A DNA stretch of 64,000 bases, taken from contig CAXWPH010000006.1 in the NCBI GenBank assembly GCA_963666055.2, positions 320,001 to 384,000 on the forward strand. Direction: 5' to 3'. The notes beneath the pieces were generated by a model. The model searched no databases. It saw only the letters and a list, made by a program, of their open reading frames with translations, and was not told the DNA's origin. This document shows, one piece after another, positions 51,125 to 61,024 of this stretch (the stretch's first letter is position 1; each line of letters opens with the position of its first letter). The stretch is from Acidobacteriota bacterium. GTDB taxonomy: Bacteria > Acidobacteriota > UBA890 > WLXD01. The position numbers and the translations under genes are program-made.

Positions 51125-52552
51125 TCAGTGAATCAGCAGGATTCGTTCATTGGGGGGATAAAGATACTCGACCCCCCGGCTGGTCACGATGTGATTGCCC
51201 TCGATGTTGATCGACACGGGGTAGCCGGGACGTTCGGGAAGATTCGTGTGAACCATGTACTCGAAAGAGAACATATGGTTCTCCTGAATCACCAAGTGAT
51301 CTCGGTCTGATCGGAATGGTGCCACCGAAGGCCCCACCGTCACCAGGCTGCCGCTGTTGTTGCCCTGACTGTGGAGGTCGATGGAAAACCCGGACCTGTC
51401 GGTGTCGATCAGTGCCTCCTGCACGAGCTTGTAGTCGTCTTCGCCGATGTCGATAAAGGGTGTGTAGATGTAGTCGGCGGCTTCCAGGGCCTCGACGATG
51501 GCGGCCAAGGTCTCACCCGCCGTTCTACCCACCCTGATCTGGCCGCGGATAATCTCGCGAGCCCCGACGGCTCGATCGAAAGCATGCTGAATGCTCGCCG
51601 GCGCGGCCGTCTCTCCTTCTCGAAGGACATAAGCGTTGCGCTTGTAGTCGGTGGAGAAGTAGTCGAGATACCTGACCCCGGTGTCGTAGCTCAGGAAATC
51701 ACCGCGCTGGATGACGTAGTCGCGGCCACCGGATCGCCTAGGCGTCGATGCGGTCGCCGAATACAAAACGCCGGGCGAGCCCGCGCCCCCGTCGGGACCT
51801 CGCAACAGGCCCCGCTGGTGAAACTGCTCCCGCACCCACGCACCCACCTCTCCCAAGGTGGTCGTGCCCGGCGTTATGACCTCGTTGGACAGCGCCCGCT
51901 CGAGGATTTTCCGGTGTATCTCCAGCGCGTTGGCGTAGGCGACGATCTCGCGTTGGGTCCGGCGCACACGGAAGTCGGTGATCACGTTTTCCGCCGAGAT
52001 GATTCTCGCCGAGTACTCGGGCCCTAGGATTCTCTCGAGCTTGACGTACTGCGAGTGAGATATGCCGTCGGCGATCGCCAGCCAATCGGATGTATTGACC
52101 GCGATCGTCTCCGGGTCCCTCTCGGCGACGAAATCGCGCAGCTCATCGTAGACCGAGAAGTCTTGATCACCGTAGTCATAGCCGGCGATCGCCATACGGA
52201 TCTCCCGTGAGCCGAAGATGTCGAAGAAATCCCGATTCCCTCCGCCGCCGAACAGCGCTCGCTCGATCCGGTCGCCTCCGCGGTCGGTGAACACGAGGTA
52301 GCCCCACGCGTTGCCGAACTGCTGGACCATCGGATCGGGATCGCCCAGGCGGGTGACGTGAATCCACATGTCGACGTTGTTGTCACGCATCGCCCCGGGA
52401 AGGATCAGGTCGAGCTTCTCGGTCCGCATCAGATGGAGGATTTCCGCACTCGCTTTCGCCGTCATCACATCCGACTGCGCGTAGGCGAGCGTTACGGTGA
52501 ACAACGCAGAAATCGAAAGCACGGCTGCCTGCACAGGCATTGTGAACGTCAT
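51125..52552 (-). CDS. M24 (Xaa-Pro aminopeptidase-like) exported protein
   Basis: AMRDNNVDMWI, VIQRGDFLSYDTG, STDYKRNAY, FSFEY, IEGN. Confidence 0.75.
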   Translation of the reverse strand: MTFTMPVQAAVLSISALFTVTLAYAQSDVMTAKASAEILHLMRTEKLDLILPGAMRDNNVDMWIHVTRLGDPDPMVQQFGNAWGYLVFTDRGGDRIERALFGGGGNRDFFDIFGSREIRMAIAGYDYGDQDFSVYDELRDFVAERDPETIAVNTSDWLAIADGISHSQYVKLERILGPEYSARIISAENVITDFRVRRTQREIVAYANALEIHRKILERALSNEVITPGTTTLGEVGAWVREQFHQRGLLRGPDGGAGSPGVLYSATASTPRRSGGRDYVIQRGDFLSYDTGVRYLDYFSTDYKRNAYVLREGETAAPASIQHAFDRAVGAREIIRGQIRVGRTAGETLAAIVEALEAADYIYTPFIDIGEDDYKLVQEALIDTDRSGFSIDLHSQGNNSGSLVTVGPSVAPFRSDRDHLVIQENHMFSFEYMVHTNLPERPGYPVSINIEGNHIVTSRGVEYLYPPNERILLIH

Positions 52553-52594
52553 GACGTTCTCCCTCGGCTATCTACGTGCACCCGCATGTGGGAC

Positions 52595-53485
52595 TCAGCG
52601 TACCGGCGGCGGCTGTGAAACAAGCCACCGATACATGCCACGCACGTTCAATGGGAAGTACTCCTCGTAGCGACCCCAACTCTCGTATTGCGCTAGACGT
52701 ACGGTCGCTGCAGCTTCGTCTTCCGATTTGCCGGCCGCGATCGCTTGTCGCACGACCTCCTGTAACGCGTCGTAGTAGACGATCTGGTCGTCGATCGACT
52801 GCCGATCTCCCGGCGGATCGTGTCCGAACAGCATCGTCTCGTAGCTCAGCTCCTGCACACGCCGCAGGGTATCGAAGAAGTCGGGAAACTCGTGCGCATA
52901 CAGATCCCGATAGGGCGTCGTGCGGTTGGTTACGAAGTCGACGGCAAAGGCGATCTTGTCCTCCCTCAGGAGCGCCACGAGCATGTTGTCCGTGTGGCTC
53001 TTGCCCAAGTAGTAGAGGTCGAGAGTTCGCCCACCGTGGTGGAGCGTCATGCGATCGGTAAAGGTGATCGTCGGGAGCGGTAGAGCAGGGTCTGCCGCCA
53101 CCCGGATCGGCTCGACGGCATTGGCGTGCGCGATGATCGGCACCTCTCCGAAAGCGGCTTGCAAGACCATCGCGCCGGTGGCGTGATCATCATGGCTGTG
53201 GCTGTAGATGATCGCCAGCAGCTTCGCTCCGGGCGCCACCCGCTGGATCTCCCGAGCGTAGACTCCGGCAGCCTCGACCGACAGCGGATCGAACGCGATC
53301 ACACCATCTTGCGTGACGACGAAGAGATTGTAATGCCCTCCGTAGCGGAACTGATAAACACCATCGGCCACCTCAGTGGTCTCCCAATCACCCTGGGGCA
53401 CCGGCAACCCCGAGGCCGTGGTGAGGAGCCCCGAGATCACGGCAAGGGCAAGGGCCAATGCTCCGATCCGGTACGTACATCGCAT
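52595..53485 (-). CDS. Exported MBL-fold metallo-hydrolase
   Basis: YSHSHDDHATG, SHTDN, FGHD; signal peptide from ATG 53485. Confidence 0.85.
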   Translation of the reverse strand: MRCTYRIGALALALAVISGLLTTASGLPVPQGDWETTEVADGVYQFRYGGHYNLFVVTQDGVIAFDPLSVEAAGVYAREIQRVAPGAKLLAIIYSHSHDDHATGAMVLQAAFGEVPIIAHANAVEPIRVAADPALPLPTITFTDRMTLHHGGRTLDLYYLGKSHTDNMLVALLREDKIAFAVDFVTNRTTPYRDLYAHEFPDFFDTLRRVQELSYETMLFGHDPPGDRQSIDDQIVYYDALQEVVRQAIAAGKSEDEAAATVRLAQYESWGRYEEYFPLNVRGMYRWLVSQPPPVR

Positions 53486-53753
53486 GCTCAACTCCTCGGT
53501 CACAGGCTGGAAGGTAATCGGCACGGATTCTAGATGATCTTTCGAACAATCTCCGGAACCCCCCGTTGTCACTCCCCCGGACCAGAGATAGATTCCAACC
53601 TCGCCGCGAAGTCGCGGTGCGAAGCTGACCGCCAAGGGAGGCACATCGTGCGTAGGACGTGCACTTTTCCCGTTCCTCATCGTTGCCGCCGAGTACGAAG
53701 CGCGGTCGCAAGAGTCGTCGGGACCCATCAGCAGGCCGGCGCCGCAAAACGAA

Positions 53754-55532
53754 GTGCGTTTGGAAAAAGCCCGCATGGTCCCAATGCGGGACGGGGTACG
53801 GCTCGCAACCGATCTGTATTTCCCGGAAGTTGCCGACGAGACACTGCCCGTCGTCCTCATCCGCACTCCCTACAACAAGAACGAGTTTCGCGACGACAAA
53901 GACAGCGACGCCTACATGTTCGCGTCACGAGGCTTCGTTGTGGCCGTGCAGGACAGCCGCGGGAAGTTCGAATCCGAGGGGATCTACTCGCCGCCGGCGG
54001 GCAGCGAGGCCGAGGACGGCTACGACGCCGTCGACTGGATTGCCAAACAACCTTGGTCCAATGGTAAGGTCGGGATGCACGGTTGCTCATATCCGGCCGA
54101 GGTGCAGGCCGCCACGGCGCCGCTGAAGCACCCGAACCTGACCACGATGATCCCCCGAAACGGGCCGTTCATCGGTGCCGCGAACGGCCGGTATCGGTAC
54201 TGGTCGGGCTTCAAGGGCGGGGTTCTCGACTTCGCAGCCACCCTGCCGTGGTACTTCAGCAGCGGCAACAAGTATTCCTTCAAGCCACCTCCGGGGCTCT
54301 CAGACGAGGAGATCGCCAAGATCCGCGAGTTCTACCATCCGGAGGCAAGCGCGGCACCGGAGCCGGATTGGGAGGAGCTCGTCTGGACGTTGCCCCTCAT
54401 CGACGTAATGAACAAGGCGGGGGCGCCGCCGAATGATTTCCTCGACCTGGTGACGCGGGATTTTGACGACCCGTGGTGGCACGACACGATGGGCTACTAC
54501 GACGGCACCGAGACCATCGCCGTCCCGGCTCTACACGTGAGCTCCTGGTACGACATCAGCGTCGACGAGACGATCTACGAGTTCAACTACTTCCGCGAGC
54601 GAGCCGTTACGGAGATCGCCGCCGACAATCAGTTTCTGATCATTGCCCCAACGACCCATTGCAGCTATGACCGCGCCATAGAACACACCCTGGTCGGCGA
54701 TCGGGATATCGGCGACGCGCGACTCGACTACTACTCGATCTATATCAAGTGGTTCGAGTACTGGCTCAAGGGAGAACAAACCGGCGTCACGGACATGCCG
54801 AAGGTCCAGTACTACACGATGGGCAGCAACGAGTGGCGCTCCGCCGACAGATGGCCGCTGAGCAAGACCGAATTCACCAAGTACTTCCTGCACAGCGGTG
54901 GCGATGCGAACAGTCGCTACGGCGAAGGGCAGCTTTCCACCATGGCTCCCGGCGACGAGCCCGCGGACATCTTCTTTTACGACCCCGCACATCCGGTGCC
55001 GTCCATGGGTGGTCCACGGGGTACCTCCTGGGGCACATCCTCCGGTGCGATTGATCAAGGTAGCATCGAGGTTCGCAACGACGTGCTGGTCTACACCACA
55101 CCGCCGCTGGAAGAAGGCATCGAGCTGACCGGCCCGATCACCGCCGTGTTCTACGTGTCGTCTTCGGCGAAGGATACGGATTTCACCGCCAAGCTCGTGG
55201 ACGTGTACCCCGATGGCACGGCCTACAACATTCAAGGTGGAATTCTGCGCGCCCGGTATCGCGAAGGATTCACCAAGAAAGTATGGATGGAAGAGGGCGG
55301 CGTGTACCGGATTCAGGTCGACCTGGATGCCACGAGCAACTACTTCGCACCGGGGCACAGGATTCGACTACAGGTGTCGAGCAGTGACTTCCCGGCCTAC
55401 GAGCGCAATCTGAACACCGGCGGCAACAACTACGATGAGACGGAATGGATCATCGCCGAGAATACGATCCATCATTCCCAGCAATACCCCTCTCATCTGG
55501 TCCTCCCGGTGATTCCGAGTCGGGACGACTAG
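53754..55532 (+). CDS. CocE/NonD-family hydrolase
   Basis: PMRDGVRLATD, RTPYNK, QDSRGKFESEG, GCSYP, SWYD, GHRIRLQVSSSDFP; true start probably upstream. Confidence 0.92.
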   Translation: MRLEKARMVPMRDGVRLATDLYFPEVADETLPVVLIRTPYNKNEFRDDKDSDAYMFASRGFVVAVQDSRGKFESEGIYSPPAGSEAEDGYDAVDWIAKQPWSNGKVGMHGCSYPAEVQAATAPLKHPNLTTMIPRNGPFIGAANGRYRYWSGFKGGVLDFAATLPWYFSSGNKYSFKPPPGLSDEEIAKIREFYHPEASAAPEPDWEELVWTLPLIDVMNKAGAPPNDFLDLVTRDFDDPWWHDTMGYYDGTETIAVPALHVSSWYDISVDETIYEFNYFRERAVTEIAADNQFLIIAPTTHCSYDRAIEHTLVGDRDIGDARLDYYSIYIKWFEYWLKGEQTGVTDMPKVQYYTMGSNEWRSADRWPLSKTEFTKYFLHSGGDANSRYGEGQLSTMAPGDEPADIFFYDPAHPVPSMGGPRGTSWGTSSGAIDQGSIEVRNDVLVYTTPPLEEGIELTGPITAVFYVSSSAKDTDFTAKLVDVYPDGTAYNIQGGILRARYREGFTKKVWMEEGGVYRIQVDLDATSNYFAPGHRIRLQVSSSDFPAYERNLNTGGNNYDETEWIIAENTIHHSQQYPSHLVLPVIPSRDD

Positions 55533-55551
55533 TGCCCTGTAGGCACCCGGC

Positions 55552-58347
55552 CTATTGGAACGTCTTGTCGTACCAGAAGTCCTGAAGGATGCGCGACGTC
55601 TGCGTGAGGACCGCTCCACCCGCCTGCAGCTGTACCCGGTATTGTCCGGGCTGAACGCGGTGTAGCACGTACTCTCTTCCCCGCATTCCCGGCCGCCCCT
55701 GCACTCTCGTCCTCAGCGAGAGTCCGGTTCGGCCGACCTCCTCGTCGGGGGCTCCGAAGAACTCGTTGGTGTCGTAATAGTCGTAGAAAGGCTCCGGCTC
55801 ACCGGTTCTCATCTGCTCATCCCAGCGGGCTACCGCTTCCGGCGATTTCTTGGCGCCCCGCCGAGTCATTCCCCACATGACGCTGTTGAGTCCCGCGTTC
55901 CCCGGACCCTCGAGCTCATTGATCAGAATCACCCCGTCGTAGACCGACAGGGTCACGCCCTCCGGAATCCCGTTCTTGAGGTAGTAGTTGAGCATCACGC
56001 CGTGCGGCTCGTTCTCGCCTTCGAAGTTCTGATCGGCGACCGCAGTCTGCCGTGGCATGACCCACTGAACCTTCGTCTCGATCTGGAACAAATGGGCGTC
56101 GCTGTCGATGACCTCTTGGGTCAGCTCCTGAAGCGGCGAGATGTCGGCGATATAGAAGCCGCGCCCGAAGGTGCCAACCACGAGATCGTTCTCGCGCGGA
56201 TGAATGACCAGATCGTGCACCGGAACGGTCGGAAGGTTGTTCTTCAGCTCACTCCAGTGGCGCCCGCCATCGAGCGTCACGTGTACGGTTCGGTCGGTTC
56301 CCACGAAGAGCAGATTCGGGTTCTTGTGATCTTCGCGGATCACGTTGATGCTCTCGTCGGGCAAGTTGCTGGCTATTGATGTCCAGGTGTCGCCGTAATC
56401 GGTCGTCTTGTAGACGAACGGTGCGGAGTCGACCATGTGGCGGCCCGTGAACGTCACGTAGGCGGTGCCCGCAGCGTGGTGCGACGCGATGATTCTCGAC
56501 ACCCAGTATTCGGGGTTGTCGGGAATATTGTCGTTGAGGAGCGTCCAGCTCTCGCCGCTGTCACGGCTCACCTGCACGTTGCCGTCATCGGATCCGGCCC
56601 ACAGCACACCCTGTTCGACCGGTGATTCGTCGATGGTTGTCAACGTGCCGTATTGACTGACCTCACGGCCGCCGAACTTCGACTCGTCGTGCTTGGTGAG
56701 GTCGGGGCTGACTTCCTCCCAGCGCTCGCCGCGGAACGGAGACTTCAGAAGAATGTTGGCCCCGTGGTAGATCACGTCCGGGTTGTGCGGTGAGATCAGC
56801 AGCGGGGCATTCCAGTTGAAGCGGAGGTCGCGGTTACCGCGGTAACGGATCCTACGTCGCACGCCAGTCTTCTGGTCGTTGCGCGAGAGGCCACCGAACT
56901 GTGATTCCGAATAGAGCCAACGGCCGTTCGTCGGGTCGACCAAGTTGTAGAAACCATCGCCGCCCTGCACGTGTTCCCAATCCTCGAAGCGGATGGGGAA
57001 CCTGCCCTTCTTGGCGCTCGGGCCCTTCCAGGAGCCGAAATCCTGCAGGCCGGCATAGACGTTGTAGGGATACTCCATGTCCACGCCGATGGCGTAGATC
57101 TGCGCCATCGATACGTTATCGATATGGAGCCAGTTCGCCCCCGAGTCGAAGCTCATCGCGAAGCCGTAGTCGTATCCCAACAACATATGCTCGCTGTTTT
57201 CCGCATCGATCCAGAGAACGTGATTGTCGCCGCCGTACTCGAAGGCACGCGACCAGCTTCGACCGCCGTCGGTCGATCTGTGGACCATCGACGCCATCAC
57301 GTAGACGGTGTTCTCGTCGATGGGGTCGACGACAATCTGGCCGTAGTAGTTGTTGCGCTCACCGACGGCGGCTTCGGTGGTCTGGCGCCACGAATCCCCG
57401 CCGTCGTCGGTTCGGTAGACGACGTTCCCCACCGGTTCAACAGACGCCGGCTGGCCAGCCTGGACCTCACGCCAACGATCTTCGTAGGAGACTTCGGCGG
57501 AATTGTCGTTCTCGATGACCGCGTAGAGAATCTCCGGATTCCGCCGGTACATCGTCAGACCGATCTTGCCGAGCAATCCGCCGGGAAGACCATTCGATAG
57601 CTTCGTCCATGTGGAACCGCCATCAGTTGTCTTGTGAATGCCGCTGCCGGGGCCGGAGCCCGAAAACCCCCAGGGCCTGCGAATCCGCTGGTAGGTCGCC
57701 GCATAGAGAACGTCGGGGTTGCGCGGGTCCATGACGACGTCGGTAGCGCCGATCGCAATACCGTCGACGACGACTCCAAGAGACTGGGCCCATTTCTGGC
57801 CGCCGTTCGTGCTCTTGTACACGCCGCGCTGTGGACTATCCGCGTAGTACTGGCCCTGCGCCGCGACATAGACAACGTCGGGATTGGTGGGATGAACGAC
57901 CAGTCTTCCGATCTGTCCCGACTCCTGCAGGCCGACGTTCAGCCATGTCGTACCACCGTCGCCCGAACGATAGACGCCGTCGCCGTAGTAGGTGCTGTTT
58001 CTGAGGTTCCCCTCCCCGGTACCGACGTAGACGATGTTGTCGTCGGACGGGGCAACGACAACGTCGCCGATCGACGATGTTTGCTCATCGTCGAATATCG
58101 AATCGAACGTGGTCCCGTTGTTGACCGTCTTCCACAATCCTCCAGGGCCGGCGCCAACGTAGAACACGTACGGATTCTGCTGCGATACAGCGAATGCAAC
58201 CACTCTGCCACCCGGACGCGTCGGGCCGATTTCTCGGTAGTGCACCCAGTCGAGAACATTGCCTGAGCCTGACTGCCCCCGAGCGCCTGAAGCGACCATG
58301 GTGGCCAGCAGCACAAAACTCAGAGCGATCCGCTTGGACGACTTCAT
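55552..58347 (-). CDS. VPS10/BNR-repeat glycosyl-hydrolase-like secreted protein
   Basis: Repeated S/TxDGGxxW Asp-boxes; REIGP, GGDGF, RFNWNAP. Confidence 0.9.
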   Translation of the reverse strand: MKSSKRIALSFVLLATMVASGARGQSGSGNVLDWVHYREIGPTRPGGRVVAFAVSQQNPYVFYVGAGPGGLWKTVNNGTTFDSIFDDEQTSSIGDVVVAPSDDNIVYVGTGEGNLRNSTYYGDGVYRSGDGGTTWLNVGLQESGQIGRLVVHPTNPDVVYVAAQGQYYADSPQRGVYKSTNGGQKWAQSLGVVVDGIAIGATDVVMDPRNPDVLYAATYQRIRRPWGFSGSGPGSGIHKTTDGGSTWTKLSNGLPGGLLGKIGLTMYRRNPEILYAVIENDNSAEVSYEDRWREVQAGQPASVEPVGNVVYRTDDGGDSWRQTTEAAVGERNNYYGQIVVDPIDENTVYVMASMVHRSTDGGRSWSRAFEYGGDNHVLWIDAENSEHMLLGYDYGFAMSFDSGANWLHIDNVSMAQIYAIGVDMEYPYNVYAGLQDFGSWKGPSAKKGRFPIRFEDWEHVQGGDGFYNLVDPTNGRWLYSESQFGGLSRNDQKTGVRRRIRYRGNRDLRFNWNAPLLISPHNPDVIYHGANILLKSPFRGERWEEVSPDLTKHDESKFGGREVSQYGTLTTIDESPVEQGVLWAGSDDGNVQVSRDSGESWTLLNDNIPDNPEYWVSRIIASHHAAGTAYVTFTGRHMVDSAPFVYKTTDYGDTWTSIASNLPDESINVIREDHKNPNLLFVGTDRTVHVTLDGGRHWSELKNNLPTVPVHDLVIHPRENDLVVGTFGRGFYIADISPLQELTQEVIDSDAHLFQIETKVQWVMPRQTAVADQNFEGENEPHGVMLNYYLKNGIPEGVTLSVYDGVILINELEGPGNAGLNSVMWGMTRRGAKKSPEAVARWDEQMRTGEPEPFYDYYDTNEFFGAPDEEVGRTGLSLRTRVQGRPGMRGREYVLHRVQPGQYRVQLQAGGAVLTQTSRILQDFWYDKTFQ

Positions 58348-58429
58348 CACTGCCTCTCCTGAAACCCCGGCGCCCAACGAGCCCGAACACACTTCTCAGC
58401 ATTTTCTGTATGGCTCGGCGAAGAGGAAA

Positions 58430-59161
58430 TCAGCTGTTTGATCGGCTCGCTGTTTGTCGGCGCAGTCTGCCAGCCGGCGCTTCGGGTTGCCAATCCGGTC
58501 CACGTCCTTGAGGAGCGCCTTCACCGCCTGCCCACTGCCTGCGAGTCGATCGCCGGCAGCCGCGCACCTCGAAGATGGCCTCCAGCTCAACCGGCATGTT
58601 CGCCGGCAACGACGCCATGCCGACGGCGCTACGCCCGCCCTTTCCTCTCTCCTCGCCGAACACTTCGACGAGCAGCTCGCTGAAGCCGTTGATTACCTGC
58701 GGCTGCTGACCGAAGTCAGGCGTGCAATTCACCATGCCGAGCACTTTCACCAGCCTCACTACCTCATCGAGGCTGCCCAAGGTGTCGCGCACGGTGCTCA
58801 GCAGGTTGAGCCCGGCGACTCGCGCCGCCGCATATCCCTGTTCCACCGTCATGTCGGCGCCGATCTTTCCCGGCATAGGCGATCCATCGGGATAGCGTGG
58901 CGTATGACCTGCGGTGAACAAGATGTTGCCGGTGCGCACCGCCGGCACGTAGACCGCGACCGGACGTGGCGGCGGTGGCAACTCGATGCCGAGCTCCCGC
59001 AATCTCTGCTCGGGGGTCACACCCTGCGACAACCCGACCGCAGACGCCTCCGATGCCTCGGCGACGGCAGCCTCGCCCGATGTCAGCGCAAGAAGCGCGC
59101 CGCCAGCGGTGGCCAGACACTGGCTGCGCAGGAACCTTCGACGAGTTTCTCGTATCGACAT
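58430..59161 (-). CDS. RidA/YjgF-family protein with Tat-like leader
   Basis: TRRRFL + hydrophobic stretch; YVPAVRTGN, VINGFSEL, RSAVGMASLP, VELEAIFE. Confidence 0.88.
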   Translation of the reverse strand: MSIRETRRRFLRSQCLATAGGALLALTSGEAAVAEASEASAVGLSQGVTPEQRLRELGIELPPPPRPVAVYVPAVRTGNILFTAGHTPRYPDGSPMPGKIGADMTVEQGYAAARVAGLNLLSTVRDTLGSLDEVVRLVKVLGMVNCTPDFGQQPQVINGFSELLVEVFGEERGKGGRSAVGMASLPANMPVELEAIFEVRGCRRSTRRQWAGGEGAPQGRGPDWQPEAPAGRLRRQTASRSNS

Positions 59162-59301
59162 ACGTAAGTGCCTCCCTCTTGGCCCCGCTTGGGGGCAGTG
59201 ATGTCGTCCGTTTTGCCCGGGTGGGCTGAGCCGGCCGCGTGATTGTGCCCAAATCCGCGCCTGCGCGGAACTGGGCACGGCGATTCCTGCTCACGCACGG
59301 A

Positions 59302-59321
59302 CCCCCCCCCCCCCCCCCCCC
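59302..59321. repeat. C20 homopolymer in divergent intergenic region
   Basis: 20 consecutive C. Confidence 0.9.
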
Positions 59322-59453
59322 GGACGGCGCCACAGCGGTTTCCCAGCAATCATCGCGCTTGCACCACAGTCTGGTAGCGGCAGCCCGGGTGCATCGGCTA
59401 CGGTCGATCGGCGCTGCCAGCGCAGCGGCACCTACCAGATCTGGAGGCTCAAG

Positions 59454-60571
59454 ATGAAAGTTGCTCGACTCCTGGCGATCGCTTGCTCGCTGCCATTGCT
59501 CGGCGCCGCCCTCCTGACCCCGCAGGAACCGGTCCGCTGGGACGTCGGCGGCGAAATACTCGACGAGGCGTTCAACAATTCCCAGGTCATGGAGAACGCT
59601 GGCTGGCTGACCGATGTGTTCGGGCCGCGCAACTCCAAGTCGAGCGGCTACCGGGCGGCGGCCGAGTGGTCACGGCAACGGCTCGAGGACTACGGGCTCT
59701 CCAACGCCCGGCTGGAGCCGTTCGAGTTCGGCCGTGGCTGGGAAAACAAGTACTCCTCGTTCCACATGGTCGAGCCGCAGTACATGCCGATCATCGGCTA
59801 TCCGGCAGCCTGGTCGGCGGGCACCAACGGCAAGGTCCGACTGCAAGCCATCCACGTGAACCTCGACGAGATCGAGTCGGCGGCCGACCTGGAGCCGTAC
59901 CGACAAGAGATCGCGGGGAAGGTAGTTCTGATTGAGCCCTTGCGCGACCTCAGCGACCAGTATGGGCCGTCGATCACTCCCTACAGCGAAGCAGAGCTCG
60001 ACGACATGGCCAGGATCCCGATCGGTCCGGCCGAATCGCGCCAACGTCGTCGACGCGGCGACGGGCTATCGCTGGAGCAACGTATCGACCTGGTCTTCGA
60101 GGCGGGCGCTACGGCAGTGGCGCGCACCGACGGAAGCCACGCCTACGGCACGGTCGACGGCGCGGTGAATGGCTACGCAATGGTGCGGCGCATGTGGGAG
60201 ATGACTACGACAAGCTGTCGGCATACTTCAACGTCGACAACGGCGCTGCCCGAATCAAGGGCGTCTCAGTGCTGGGAAGCGAGGCTATCCGGGGGATCTT
60301 CACCGAGTGGATCAAGCCGCTGCACAACCTCGGGATGAGACATCTGTTCCCCACCGGAATGGCACACGAGGCGTATCAAGAAGTCGGACTGCCGGGCTTC
60401 TATTTCCGCCAGGATCGCCGCGACGACCGCCGCTACCACTCCAACATGGACGTCTACGATCGCCTCATCCCCGAAGACCTCATGGCCAATTCGGTGATCC
60501 TGGCAACGTTCGTGTATCACGCCGCCATGCGCGACGAGATGCTGCCGCGGGTCGCTCCGAGACCCTGGTAG
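59454..60571 (+). pseudogene. M28/M20 peptidase with internal deletion and frameshift at about 60195
   Basis: N-terminus LTDVFGPR, FGRGW; C-terminus YFNVDNG, VGLPGF, YHSNMDVYD; central Zn-ligand region missing. Confidence 0.8.
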
Positions 60572-60685
60572 AGCTGCGCGCGCGGCCATCCAGATGCCCG
60601 AGCGACTTGCGTGCCCGCGACGAAATGTCTACATTGCATATAAGTCTGCAAACTAGATATTTCGTTCCGGACGCAGGGGCAACAC

Positions 60686-61024
60686 ATGGGTAGGTCAGGT
60701 TTCGCCGGCGAGTTCGAACAGATGGTCCTGCTGGCGATTCTCCAGGCCGGGGACGAGGCACATGCCCCGGCGATCGCGGCGGAGCTGGAGGGCAAGGCCG
60801 GGCGCCGGGTCTCGCGCGGCGCGCTCTACGCCACCCTCGAGCGGCTCGAGGCCAAGGGTTGGATCCGCTGGCAGATCGGCGCACCAGGGGAAGATCGCGG
60901 CGGCTACCGTAAGCGGGTGTTCGATCTCACCGACGAGGGGATCGCGACGCTACGCGTGGCGCGACGCGCCATGCAGGCGATGGCCCGCGGTCTCGAGGAC
61001 GTCCTGACCGAGTCCACCTCATGA
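60686..61024 (+). CDS. PadR-family transcriptional regulator
   Basis: GEFEQMVLLAIL, SRGALYATLERLEAKG. Confidence 0.92.
   Translation: MGRSGFAGEFEQMVLLAILQAGDEAHAPAIAAELEGKAGRRVSRGALYATLERLEAKGWIRWQIGAPGEDRGGYRKRVFDLTDEGIATLRVARRAMQAMARGLEDVLTESTS

Noticed and set aside
58764-59457. Poly-Gly/poly-Pro ORFs spanning the C20 tract
   Set aside because: Translation by-products of the homopolymer; they overlap the RidA gene or have no homology cues
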